DNA of 64,000 nucleotides from Mobula hypostoma (Eukaryota), in contig NC_086097.1 of assembly GCF_963921235.1 (NCBI RefSeq), positions 45,200,001-45,264,000 on the forward strand, written 5' to 3'. Shown one piece after another: positions 39,076 through 50,648 of this stretch. Each line of letters opens with the position of its first letter. Positions within the stretch are counted from its first letter, which is position 1. The position numbers and the translations under genes are program-made. The notes under the pieces were generated by a model. The model had not been told where the DNA came from, searched no databases, and worked only from the letters and a program-made list of their open reading frames with translations.

Positions 39076-39984
39076 CTGGATAAATTATTCATCACAAATT
39101 CTAACAAGAATGCAGTTATTTTATAACTACACTGATTGCTACTTGCAGATGAAAAACAGTGGGTGCTGCAAATCAGCAGACAGGTGGAAAATATTATATT
39201 TTCCAATTCTGTTGTCAGACATGAACAAAAGTGTGGTGGTATTTCATCCTAGGGCACAGCTGGGGGTACAAGGAGTCTATCATTTCTATTTGTTTCTGGG
39301 TTTACAAATGGACATAAGTACATGCACTGTAATTACCTGAGGGAAATAAGATCAATAAATGAACTGCAACATCACATGTTGTTTATTTTGAAAAGCCACC
39401 ATGACAATGACAGGTTGAGCTCTTCTTACAAGATCAGTTTGACTCTGAGTGGTTCTCTCTCCCACCAGGCTTGAACTAAGGGGGCTCCAGGGAGAGGGCA
39501 GGAACATGAACCAGAGGAATAGGATGATCTTAGACGGAGACCAGGCTCAAAAGACTCATGGCCTATTCCTGCTTATATTTCATGCTCTTATTTAAACAGT
39601 TCACTGTGACATCTCAGAACTGATGTAAACTTTTGGCTGTGTGCTGCTTTTTAGCTGCGAAGCTGAGACTGCACATGTCGATTAAATGAAATGTTTTTGA
39701 GATTCAATAATAGAATCAGGAGTATCAATGAAAGTTTATCAAGTGTAAGTTATGTTATGAATATGTAAAAAGCTTCCAAAATGAGCATGGACACACCTAA
39801 AAATACTGCCAAAATACCAGTGCTGTACCTCCAATACACTGTAAATCCAATTCACCCTATCATTGTTCCACCTACTTCCTTTTAATCATTAACAAAGCAA
39901 TGGAATGGGTCACTAACATGGCAAAGCATCAGCATTTACTCAATAATAATTTGCTGACAGGTGCTAACTTTGGCTCTGGCAGAA

Positions 39985-40720
39985 CAGATAAGTCCCTGCC
40001 AACCATTGAGCACATCTACATGAAACCCTTCAGTAGTTGCATAGACACCTGAAGAGCAGACTATCTGTTGGATGGAAGTGACCAACAACCCTGAAAGAGG
40101 CAGATGCCAAGTTTTTAAGCTCACCAGTGGGAGGTGGTGCTTTAGCACTGCTGGCCCACCACCTCGAGGAAGTCTTGATCGTAAACGGGCCGAAACTCCT
40201 GAAGACAGGTGGCAGATCAACTGATGATCCCACTGGTGATAGCACAGGACAGCTAACATCTTAGTCCACTTTCTCAGGAAAGAAGCTTCCATCACCAGGG
40301 ATCCCTGCCGTGCTTGCCATGCTCTCTTCTTGCTGCTGCCATCAAGGTGGAGGTACAGGAGCCTCAGGACTCACACCACCAGGTTCAAGAGCAGCTACTA
40401 CCTCTCAACCATCGGCTCTTGAACAAAAAGGGATAACTATACTTAACTCCACTTGCCCCATCATTGAAATGTTCCCGCAACAAAGATCTCACTTTCAAGG
40501 ACTCTATCTCACTATCTCATGTTCTCATTATTTATTGCTTTTTATTTATATATGTATTTGCAGAGTTTGTTGTCTTATGCACTCTGGTTGATCTCTCATT
40601 GATCCTGTTATAGTTACTATTCTGTAGATTTGCTGAGTATGCCCACAGGGAAATGAATCTCAGGGCTGTATATGGCGACATGTATGTACTTTGATACTAA
40701 AAAGTACTTTGAACTTTGAA
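39985..40720 (+). mobile_element. Rex1/Babar-like 3' fragment with a foreign ~235-bp insertion (~40028-40262)
   Basis: Homologous to 52680-53190 on both sides of the insertion; (tttgaac)n tail. Confidence 0.7.
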
Positions 40721-41040
40721 TCCATTTAATTCAAGACATTAGTACAGCCTTGATCTAAACATGGTAAAAAGAGGCAGATATCAGAGGGGAGCTGTAAATA
40801 ATTCCCCTTGGCATCAAGGAAGCACTTGACTTGGTACGACGTCAAGGAACCAAAGTATAGTTGAAGTCAATGAGAATACCCATGACAGCATTGAATCTAA
40901 AAGAACAACTTGAAGGTGTCTTAAGCAATCAGTTCCTACCTCAATCATATTGAAAAGCCGGCACTTGGAAGTACCACTTCATCCAAGTCAATAGCATACT
41001 GATTTGAACATTTACTACAATTCTTTTACTGATTATAGAG

Positions 41041-41122
41041 TAGGAGTTCCCAACCGTTTTTTTATGCCACAGACCCCTACCATTAACCAAGGGCTCCATG
41101 GACCCCCAGTTGGGAACCCGTG
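41041..41122. mobile_element. ~80-bp hAT (Charlie-like) MITE
   Basis: taggagttcccaacc ... gttgggaacccgtg; 8-bp TSD ttatagag/ttctagag (7/8 match), an nTCTAGAn-type target. Confidence 0.75.
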
Positions 41123-42039
41123 TTCTAGAGGTTCCTATCTAATGGCCTTTGGGAATGCATTCAGCACCCACACTGCAGTAGTTCAGGAAGTCAGTTCACT
41201 ACCTTTCTTCACCGCCGCCCCCCCGGGCATTTAGAAATGAACAGCAAATGCTGATCTTACAGTAACACCCTCATCCCATGTATTAGTCATAAAAGCACAC
41301 ATTCTGTGAATCATTTGAATAGCCTGACATTTAGTCTACTTCAAGATATTAATAACCTTGGCAATGAAATAAAAGGTTCGGAATTCAGTAGGGTAATAGA
41401 AAGGCTTGCAGTATGAATGGAAATCAGGATGGAGAAAGACATTATACCAAAATAAAGTGAATTGAGGAAAAGGAAATTAGTAATGAGGATTTGCGGCATT
41501 GAGGTGGAAAGATTAGATTGGATAGATTGCCTCCTCTCATCATTCTTTATCCAGATTGTACAGAAGAGGTCAAAGAGTGAAAATATCTTTCATTACATTC
41601 ATCACTCACAGGAGCTTTACACTGGAATTTCATACTGATGCCTTGTAAACTAGCCAGATAAAATAACTTTTCATTGTGTAAAATCATCAATATTTCATTA
41701 ATGAAGCCATTTCAACAACATACCCACTTAGTACAAATAAATATCCAATTAGCTAATTGTTCTAATATAAAGCGTAGCTCATAAGTAATTATATAAGCTG
41801 GAACATATAAATAGTAGGCAAGTAGTACAACACACACCTCATTATCACTTATATAGAGTTGTCATGCATGTTTTTAACCTTGCACTAATTGTCCATATGG
41901 CACAGGCAGAAACCTTCACTGAAATATTGGATGACACCACTTTAGATGCATTCAGTATGATGATCTGAATCAACCATTGTAGACAAATCAGGTGCAATTT
42001 GTAGAGGTGCAATATTTTAAAACCTGCTTCATAAAAGCA

Positions 42040-43850
42040 AGGAGCAAAATACTGCAGGTGCTGGAAATCTGACATAAAAATAGAAAATGTTGGAAGAATT
42101 TGGTTAGCCATGCAAAGGACAGAAACTTCAGGACAAGAACACTTCATCAGAAGTGGAAAAATGAAGAGAGAAGAGTGCATGATGCACTGGAGGAGGGGGC
42201 AGGTGAAGGTAAAGCGATCAAGGGAGGTGACATGACATTCCTTGAGCTTTCTTTTGGCATTGTTGAATAAAAATGGAGGCTGAGAACGCGAGATGGGTAG
42301 TGGGACAGAGACTTAAAGTCATGGAGAGCAGGAAGCTAAAGATCATCTGAGATTCTTAAACGATGTTAGAGATTAGAGGTGAAAAGGGAAAGTGCATCTT
42401 CACCCCTGACTACAGAGCAAAGGGCTTTTGAGGAGGGAAGTGGATGTTGAAGATGGAAGAGTTGACCAGCAAAAAATAAAGGAAATGGTACCTAGAGAAG
42501 TTTGAAAGGGAGCGGAGGGGAAGATGTGCTCATGGGTGGAATCCCAGTGGAAGTGAGGAAATTATTAAGGATGGTCTACTGATTGTAGAGACTGTGGAAA
42601 ATGTGGAGAAAGGGATCAGATCCTTATCCGTGTTCCTGCTGAGGATGGGGTGGAAGAACAGCTTTGCAGAAAATGGAAGAAACACAGCTGAGAATTTTAC
42701 CAACTCTCTTATACCTGCTAAACTTGTTCTCAAAGTGAATGAAGTGGTCTTTCAGTCATTTTCAGTCTTCCTCCCTTGACTCATTTTACCATTCTGTTGA
42801 TCATGGTATTGGAGCTCTTCCAACATTTAACAATCCCTCTCCCTTATATTCATTAAAAGCTTACCAACTCCCATACCCATTTTAACTACCTTTTCTCCTA
42901 CTCTACTTTCTCCAAGAATCCGGTTCCATTCTTTGAATTTCTTCATCTATCTACTCTCCTCCTATGGTATGTTTGTCCATAAAAGTGGCTTTGATAAAGC
43001 CATTTTTATGAAAAAAAAGAAATGGTTAAAAATGGTTCTATCTAACACAGTTAATAGGGCTCTCAAAGGCAACTTCTCTGCTTCCTGCAGCTTTACTCTT
43101 ACCTCCTCTCCTTTAAGTCAGAAAAACATGGAGTTTTCAACATCCTCACATTTGAACCCACCAGTCTCTGCATAAAACAGATAGTCTTCAATAAATTCCA
43201 CCCTCTCCACTGAGATACCATCACCAAGCACATCTTCCAATTAATTGCTTCACCTTTCAGCACATTGAAGGGAACATTCTTTCCATGGGTCCCTGATCTA
43301 CTTTTCATCCTCAGAAATTATTCCCTTTCCCATCGCGCTTTCTCATTACAACAGCAGGAGGTTTTTATATCTGCACTTTTACCTCTTCCTTACCGTCCAG
43401 GGGCCAAGATAATCCTGCAGGTGAAACAGCAGTTCGTTTGCACTTCTTCCAATGCCGTGTACTACGCTGGTGTTCACAATGTGGTCTCCGCTACAATGGA
43501 TATACCAATTACAGGTCAGGTGACTACTTAGCAAGACACCTCCAGTCAGCAATATTTCTAAGCTTCCAGTCTCCTGTCACTTGAAGTCCCCATCCCACTC
43601 GGGCTTTAGTCTTCAACATATCTCAATAATTCCCAAAGTAAGCTCAAGGAACAGCTTCTTGCCTTCTCTCTGAGCATAGGGACTCAATACTGAGTTTAAC
43701 AATTTTGGGTAGCCACTCAGCTTATTTCATACCCTTCCCTGCAATTTACCAAGCTTGTTTTCTCACATTTCAGAGGATCATTGACCAAATACTTCAATTG
43801 TTTCTCTCTCCACAGTCACTGTTTGACTTGCTGAGTGCGTCAAACTGTTT
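42040..43850. mobile_element. Old Penelope-like fragments in divergent orientation (minus ~42040-42660, plus ~42930-43850)
   Basis: The plus piece encodes QVKQQFVCTSSNAVYY then, after a frameshift, CSQCGLRYNG (GIY-YIG remnant). The minus piece carries the aatactgcaggtgctggaaatctga terminal repeat and a degenerate CTGATGA motif. Confidence 0.55.
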
Positions 43851-45466
43851 TGTTCCAGGAAATACAAGCTGCAAGCCAAACCACATACATGAAAGAGACA
43901 CAAGGGGCAATTTGAACTCCCAGAGAGAATGGACAGCATCGGCAAGTGGAAACTCTCAACAAAAGCTTGGGTGATTCTGTCAGCCAGGCCTGGTCTGACT
44001 CACAGGTTATTTCCAGTAAAATTGAGGAAAACACTTGAAACACGGAGGCAGCCCACTAGCATCAATCTGCAAGGTAGTTGTGGCAGCTAAAGGTTGTACC
44101 TGAAAGTGCAAGCAAGAGGAAGGGAGAGTGGGAAGGGACCCTTCATCAGCCAAGGTCTAAAACTGTACGGGAGCACACCTGCCTTGCTAGATAATTTTTA
44201 ATTCAACTTTTATGAATTCATTAGTTTCCCGACAGCATCGCTGGCAAGGCAACTGTCCAAGGAATTACGATTTGCGATAAACAATGGTAGTTCTGTGAAA
44301 TCCTGCAGGTATCTCAACTGACGCCAAAACCACTGGTAGTAGAGTTAGGAACGGAGCAAAGCTGTGCTGTTCCCATGGGCACGGGAGGTGAAAATTACCC
44401 TCTCATCATGTTAGAAAACGATTTGAACATTTGCAGCTGCAGCACGCTGATATTGTCAGAACGGCTGAAAACACTTTACCCATAGAAGAGAAGGTGCAGC
44501 ATAAGACAAACCATTCAGTCCAGCTAATATTTATGGAATCTAGGTGAGACTTCACAGGCAGTAAAATAATTTCCAGAGTGCCAGGGGAGCTTCTGTGAAG
44601 GTGCAAAGAGAATTCTGGGTGTGATTTTGTGCTTTCGAGCATTGGTGAGTTGCAGTGGTTTCTAATGGGTTCTTCACTCACCAGTGGTAATACCAAGAGT
44701 AGAGCAAACTGACTTGGATGAGACAGGTTGGCAAGTTAAATGGCTATTACAAATTACTCCTTGGTGTAGGTCAATGGTAATAAAATGAACAATGGTGACA
44801 GAGAATAAGTTGTATGAGTACAGAACGTAAGCACTGTAGGTTGGGGCCAAGGAGATTTCTCTCCTGTGAACCAACATCGACCTGCCTCCTTCTGTATAAT
44901 CCTAGAAAAATTAAATTTGGAGGCAGCAAAGATATAGCTCAGATGGTTGCCCAACTTCGATTAGGACTCTGGATCTTTAACGTGGCATTACTCAGCCTCA
45001 ACAAAATGCACCACCAGCCCCTACCACTTTTCAGAAAATGCAGGGTTAATATGAAAATTAGGTTCTCATTGTCCATTAAACTGGTATCAGGTGATATTCC
45101 ACGTGGCAGAATTAGCAAGCTTTCAGACATTTCATTTGGTTAATGACTGTCTGACAGACAGCAAATGGTCAGTAATACAAGAGCAATGTCCTTGGCAAAT
45201 AACTTTATTCATTGTTCACCACATGCTGGTGGATGGTAATAACCACATTTTATTGCAAGTTCCATTGTAAGTAAACATCCTCCTACAGTTTCCCACCGCC
45301 GGGAATAGCATCCAAACACGAGTCATCACATTAAAAGAAAGTAGGGAAATAGTATTTTAATTTGCTGCCTGAAAGCACACAGAAATATTTGCTCTACATG
45401 TTTCAACATGAAACAGTAAAACAAATACAATAGCAACAAATTATTCCAATCCAGTAGATTAAAATT

Positions 45467-45895
45467 GATGGCATGAACATCGACTTTTCTAACTTCTGCT
45501 AATGCCCCACCTCCCCCTCGTACCCCATCCATTATTTATTTTTATACACACATTCTTTCTCTCACTCTCCTTTTTCTCCCTCTGTCCCTCTGACTATACC
45601 CCTTGCCCATCCTCTGGTTCCCCCCGCCTTGTCTTTCTCCCCAGACCTCCTGTCCCGTGATCCTCTCGTATCCCTTTTGCCAATCACCTGTCCAGCTCTT
45701 GGCTCCATCCCTCCCCCTCCTGTCTTCTCCTATCATTTTGGATCTCCCCCTCCCCCTCCCACTTTCAAATCTCTTACTAGCTCTTCCTTCAGTTAGTCCT
45801 GACGAAGGGTCTCGGCCTGAAACGTCGACTGTACCTCTTCCTAGAGATGCTGCCTGGCCTGCTGCCTTCACCATCAACTTTTATGTGCGTTGTGT
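45467..45895 (+). mobile_element. Penelope-like element 3' end (ORF stop, pyrimidine-rich tract, hammerhead)
   Basis: Begins with DGMNIDFSNFC* (end of a GIY-YIG ORF), then a long C/T-rich tract, a hammerhead motif and agatgctgcctggcctgctg. Confidence 0.7.
45795..45830 (+). ncRNA. Minimal type I hammerhead ribozyme motif (intact core)
   Basis: AGTC-CTGACGA-a-GGGT ctcg GCCT-GAAA-C GTC^GACT: 4-bp stem I, intact CUGANGA and GAAA, GUC cleavage triplet, palindromic ACGT stem III. Confidence 0.7.
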
Positions 45896-46602
45896 AGATT
45901 AAAGTTGATATTATGAAAGCAAACCCAGAGCTAAGTTGGTTCAGTTGATAGGGTAACCTTCACCCATTAATTAGAATATAGCCTCACAAACTCAGACAGA
46001 CGCCATCAAGGCTGTGGATTGCACTGTGGAAAGGCTAAGAATGCTGGGTAATATCAGGTGTCCATGATGCACGCATCAGCTCTCCTCTCTCAGCAAGTTT
46101 GATTGCTCTGATATCACATTCTTGCCACTCTCCAAAATGGTTGATGTTTCCAACCAAGTCATGCCCCATCTAATCTGAGACTGCTCTCCCTCCACACTAT
46201 CAGTAGCCTCCTATGGGTATCGGAAGCCTTCCAACCAGTGGGGCAACAATGTAAATGACAGGTAAATATCCTGAGGCAGACAGGAACAAGAGAGATCACG
46301 TGGAATGTAGTGATAGCGCAATCATAAATTTGGCTTTATTTTATATTGTGCTGGCTCTATTTATGTGCTGTGCACAAGTGACAGAAGTAAGGCACAGGAC
46401 CAGTAATGAAAGGGGAACTCCAACATTATTCTTCCCTGATAGAACATAAAGCAATACAACACTGGAACAGGTCCTTTGGCCAGCAATGTATGCTGAGCTA
46501 ATTAAATGTATGACAGCAATTAAACTCCTCCTTTCTGCCTGCACATAGTCCATAACCCTTCATTTCCTGAATATTTATGTGCCTTTATTAAAATGTGTAT
46601 CT

Positions 46603-46905
46603 GCGGCATGGTAGCCTAGCAGATTGCAAAATGCTTTACAGTGGCGACTGTAAGACCTGGGTTCGATTCCCACCATTGTTTGTAAGAAGTTTGTACATTC
46701 TTCCCATGACTGTGTGGGTTTCCTACACGTGTTCTAGTTTCCCCCATATTTTGAAGATGTATGGTTAGGGTTAGTAAGTTGTGGGCATGTTACATTAACG
46801 ATAGAAGCACTTGTGCGCTCCCCAGCACAATCCTCGCTGATTGATGCAAACAATGCATTTCGCTGTATGTTTCCATGTACATGTGACAAATAAAGCTAAT
46901 CATTT
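46603..46905 (+). mobile_element. V-type SINE
   Basis: gcggcatggtagcctagc (A-box region), gggttcgattccc (B box), V-domain tttgtacattcttcccatgactgtgtgggtttcc; aataaagcta end. Confidence 0.7.
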
Positions 46906-47668
46906 TTTAAAAATCTGTCATCCTTCACCACCACCCTTGTCTGTGCAGTCCAGGCACCCACCACCTTCTGCGTAAAGATCACACATTTCCTTTGAACTTA
47001 CCCCCTCTCACCTTAAATGTATGCCCTCTGGTATTAAACATTCCAATGCTAGGAAAAAGATACTGACTGTCTACTCCATCTACTCCTCTCTTCCATCAGA
47101 TCATCTCTCAGCCTCAACTGCTCCTGAGAAAATAACCTAAGTTCATCCAACCTCTGTTTACAGTACATGCCCTCTAATCCAAGCAGCACCCTGCTGAAAC
47201 TCTTCTTCACCCTCTCCAGAGAATTCACATCCTTCCTGTTACGGGGAGATCAGAAATGAACGTAGTCCGCCAGATGTAGCCCAACTAGTGTTTTATAAAG
47301 CTGCAACATTAATTTCCTGACACTTATACTCAGTGCTTTGACTGACAAAGGCAAGTATGTTGCATGCCTTCTTTACTACCTGATGAACCTGTGCAGCCAC
47401 TTCCGGGGAACTGTGAACTTAAACCCGAGGCTGGCATTAGTATTGGTTTAATACTGTCACGTGTGCCAAGATGCAGTGAAAAGCTTACTGCTCATACAGA
47501 TCAAATCCTGACACAGGGCATTGAGGAAGAACAAGGTAAAACAAAAACAATGCGTAATAAAGTGTAGAAGCTACTGACAAAATGCAAGATCATAACAAGA
47601 TGGACTCTTGATGTCAAACTCCATCTTATCATACAAGAGTATAAGATCTCTCTTTACATCAGTGCTGT

Positions 47669-47882
47669 TGTAGTGTAACATAAGGGGTGCAAACATAGGC
47701 ACAATGCACAACCACCAATATTGAGTTGGGGTTCGCTTTCAAAGGCTGGTCCGATGTGATGACATAATGGTGTGAAGTTTTTTTAAAACCGCACCTTATG
47801 TTCTGTGTTTGATCTACAATAAGGGAGTTGTTACAGTTTCCCTTAATACTTTAAACCCCTCTGCCATTTGCAAAAACCTACA
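47669..47882. mobile_element. Solo LTR, 214 bp
   Basis: Inverted termini TGTAG...CTACA flanked by a 4-bp TSD ctgt (47665-47668, 47883-47886); removing it restores the host CR1 (catcagtgctgttaaggatcctg). Confidence 0.7.
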
Positions 47883-49194
47883 CTGTTAAGGATCCTGCCG
47901 TTAATTGCATACCTTCCTTTTACATTTGACCACTGAAAGTGCAACATATCATTCTTGTCTGGATTATACTCCATGTGAAAAGGTAGAACTAGCAGACTGC
48001 AGTGGCTTCCCCCTTTTCCTACTACTGCAGCCAAGTTACTTGCTTTGCAACTTTATACTTTGCTTAGTATAAGCACTGTCCCCCTGCTGAGAGTATTCAG
48101 CACACCCGGATGAACATTGACACCTGCTCTAATGATTACAATGGAGCTCCTCTGGAGTCATCCAGGCAGTAAAGCTGTTGCTTCAGCATGCCAGAGCTGG
48201 AACACATTCCAGCAGCAACCTGGCCTTTGCTGATTGCCTCACAGGGGGAGTGCCATTCTTTACTTCAGTAATTCTGTTTACTCCCAAGTCTAATTCAATA
48301 TTGGTTTTCTTGGAATGTTAGATATGTTACCTTCTTCCTCTTCGTTGAGCAGCAACACAAAATTATTCACCGCGACTGTTATTATCTAACTTTAATTTAC
48401 AACATCATCATAATTGGCTTTCAAGAGGCGAGCATCACTCCAGACTGCTCTCATTTCACCGAACCTAATTGTAAAATATTTGTGCGTTGCTTTTAAAATC
48501 CCCTGCAGGTCTCTTTTTATAGTTTCTTATTACTGCTCCCTGCCCATTTTGTCTTTCATTGTTTGTATCTGAATCAGTATCAGAGTTAGGCTGAATGTCA
48601 CTGGCATATGTAATGAGATTTGTTGTTTTGCAGCATCAGTATATTGCAATACATTAAAAAATTACAATAAAAACATATATAAATTAAGTTAAACAAGTCA
48701 TGCAAAAAGAGCAAGTTAGTAATGAGGTGGTGTTCATCTGCCCAGTTACCAGAACAAATAGCTGGAATTTGCATTTTTGTTTGGTTTTTCTTTCACATGT
48801 ATTCTATCCCAAAACTCTTGCCTCTTAAGTCTAATGGTAGTTCTCTATCACATTAAGTTCCAATCTGAACACTTCTCTTTGACTTGCTGTCATTTTATCT
48901 ACACTTCTGGCCTGTTTAACGTTCACCGTCGTGTACCGTCGCTTTGAGATAATATCAGGGTTACTTATCTCTAGCTCTCAGGAATAGTTGTTTTGCAAAT
49001 CCTCCTTTCAAAAAGTTACTTGATTATATTTTAATGAATCTTGCAAACTAATAGGCTGCTGACTAAATCTGGCTCTCCTTTCATTGTTGTCTCCAGTCTG
49101 TCCACAGAACAAGTTTGAAAGTTTTTGGTGTGCCCGCCTGCTCAACTCAACCATAGGAGGATGAAAATGTCCAGTAACAACACTATGATGGAGA

Positions 49195-49740
49195 CTGGTT
49201 CATTAAGGTAGCTGGGAGAGGTAATGGGGATGAGCTCCCACGACCCATTAAATGCTCCCAATGGCCTGCAACTCAAATAGCCTCTGACAACCAAGTCCAA
49301 CTCCTGGCCTTCACGTGTAGCTTAGCTACCAAGGCTGGTGGAACCGTTTCTACTGACAGGAGAAGGAGCAAAGGCAGGTTACTGCCTCCTTAAAATCTGT
49401 CGCTTCAGGAAAATGGGGCTCATCATCTAGGAGAAGGAAAACTCCGATCTCAGCCCCCTACTGCCTTGCGGGTATACCCACTCACAGGGACGACTTCGGG
49501 AGTAAAACCCAGGTTAAAAAAAAATGGAAGCTGGTGCCCTCAAGGAGTCCTACGTTGAGTTCAACGCTGCCTGGTAACTTGTGAGATGCCGCTGGTGCTG
49601 AACCGTATTGGTCTCTGGCATTCCTAGGCACGCATCAGCTGCATGGGCAACAGTTTGTTCTCCATATTGTACTGCCCTGGCTTGCGTATGGCAGCTGGGA
49701 TGCAACATCGGTGATCACCCCCGACCACTGGAGGGCTTCA
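49195..49740 (+). mobile_element. Probable RTE-type retroelement 5' leader or derived SINE
   Basis: GC-richer island containing ctaggagaaggaaaactccgatctca...ctgccttgcgggtataccca, a motif I associate with RTE 5' regions; no ORF. Confidence 0.4.
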
Positions 49741-49789
49741 GTGGAGATTGGTTAAGTATTACCAAATAAGATAGTAGAACAGTACGAAA

Positions 49790-50570
49790 TGTTGGTGAAC
49801 AGGGAGACCTAGGGGTCCAAGTTTGTATTCTCTGAAAATGGCAATACAGGTGAACAGAGTAGTGAAGGCAGCAAATTGCTTGTTTACTTTCATAGGTTGG
49901 GTCATAAAACGTAAGACTTATGACATCATGCTGCAACTTTACAAAGTACTAGTAAACTGCAGTTGGAATACCGTGTGTTGGCAGCATACTATTAGAGCAA
50001 TGTGTTTGCACTGAAGCGTTTACAGAGCATATTCAATAGGAAGTTGCCCGAAAGTCTACAGTAAATGGGGAAAGACTGGATAGGATGAATTTATTTTCCA
50101 TGGGCTGAGGTGTGACCTGATAGAACTATATTATATTTTGACAGGAATCGACAGGGCAAGTAAAAAGATTCCCCCTCCCCCCACCCCCCCCCCGCCTCGG
50201 CAGAGACATCGTAACCAAGGCAGCATAGGTTTAAGGCAAGTTGAAGAAGGGTTAAAGCAAATCTGAGGGGTAAGGTATTTGTTTTGCCAAGAGCACGGTT
50301 GATATATAGAACATACTACCAGCAGAGGTGGTGGAATCAGATACAATAACTATGTTTAAGAAGCAATTAAAAAGACAATTAAATAGCCAAAGCTCAGAAA
50401 TATACAATCCTAACATGGAGAAAAAGATTGCTATGGATATGGTGGGCCAAAGGGGCCATTTTTTGTGGATATGGTGGACCAGAGGACCAATTTTTGCGGA
50501 AATGGTGGGCCAGAGGGGTCAATTTTTGAGGATATGGTGGGCCAGAGTACCATTTTTGTGCTGCACATCC
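49790..50570 (+). mobile_element. Old CR1 3' fragment
   Basis: Peptide SLKMAIQVNRVVKAANCLFTFIGWVIKRKTYDIMLQLYKVLV. Confidence 0.75.
50437..50560. repeat. ~31-bp tandem repeat x4 expanded in the CR1 3' UTR
   Basis: Unit approximately gatatggtgggccagaggggccattttttgtg. Confidence 0.8.
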
Positions 50571-50574
50571 AGAA

Positions 50575-50648
50575 TTTAATTTAGACCCAGCCTTCTGGCA
50601 TTCTCTAGCCCTTTAATTTAGACCCAGTCTTCTGGCATTCTCTAACCC
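50575..50648. repeat. 37-bp direct duplication
   Basis: tttaatttagacccag(c/t)cttctggcattctcta(g/a)ccc, twice. Confidence 0.85.

Larger units (their letters stand above)
46440..47975 (-). mobile_element. Old CR1 3' fragment with a nested SINE, a Rex-like piece and a solo LTR
   Basis: tttgaacttaccccctctcaccttaaatg...ccctctaatccaagcagcacc...ttttataaagctgcaacat...aggatcctgccgttaattgcata. Confidence 0.7.

Noticed and set aside
40185..40235. GAAA...CTGATGA as a type II hammerhead
   Set aside because: Stem II does not close and no stems I or III could be drawn.
50437..50648. Short repeat arrays as a CRISPR-like locus
   Set aside because: Head-to-tail tandem units without unique spacers, in a eukaryotic context with no cas genes.
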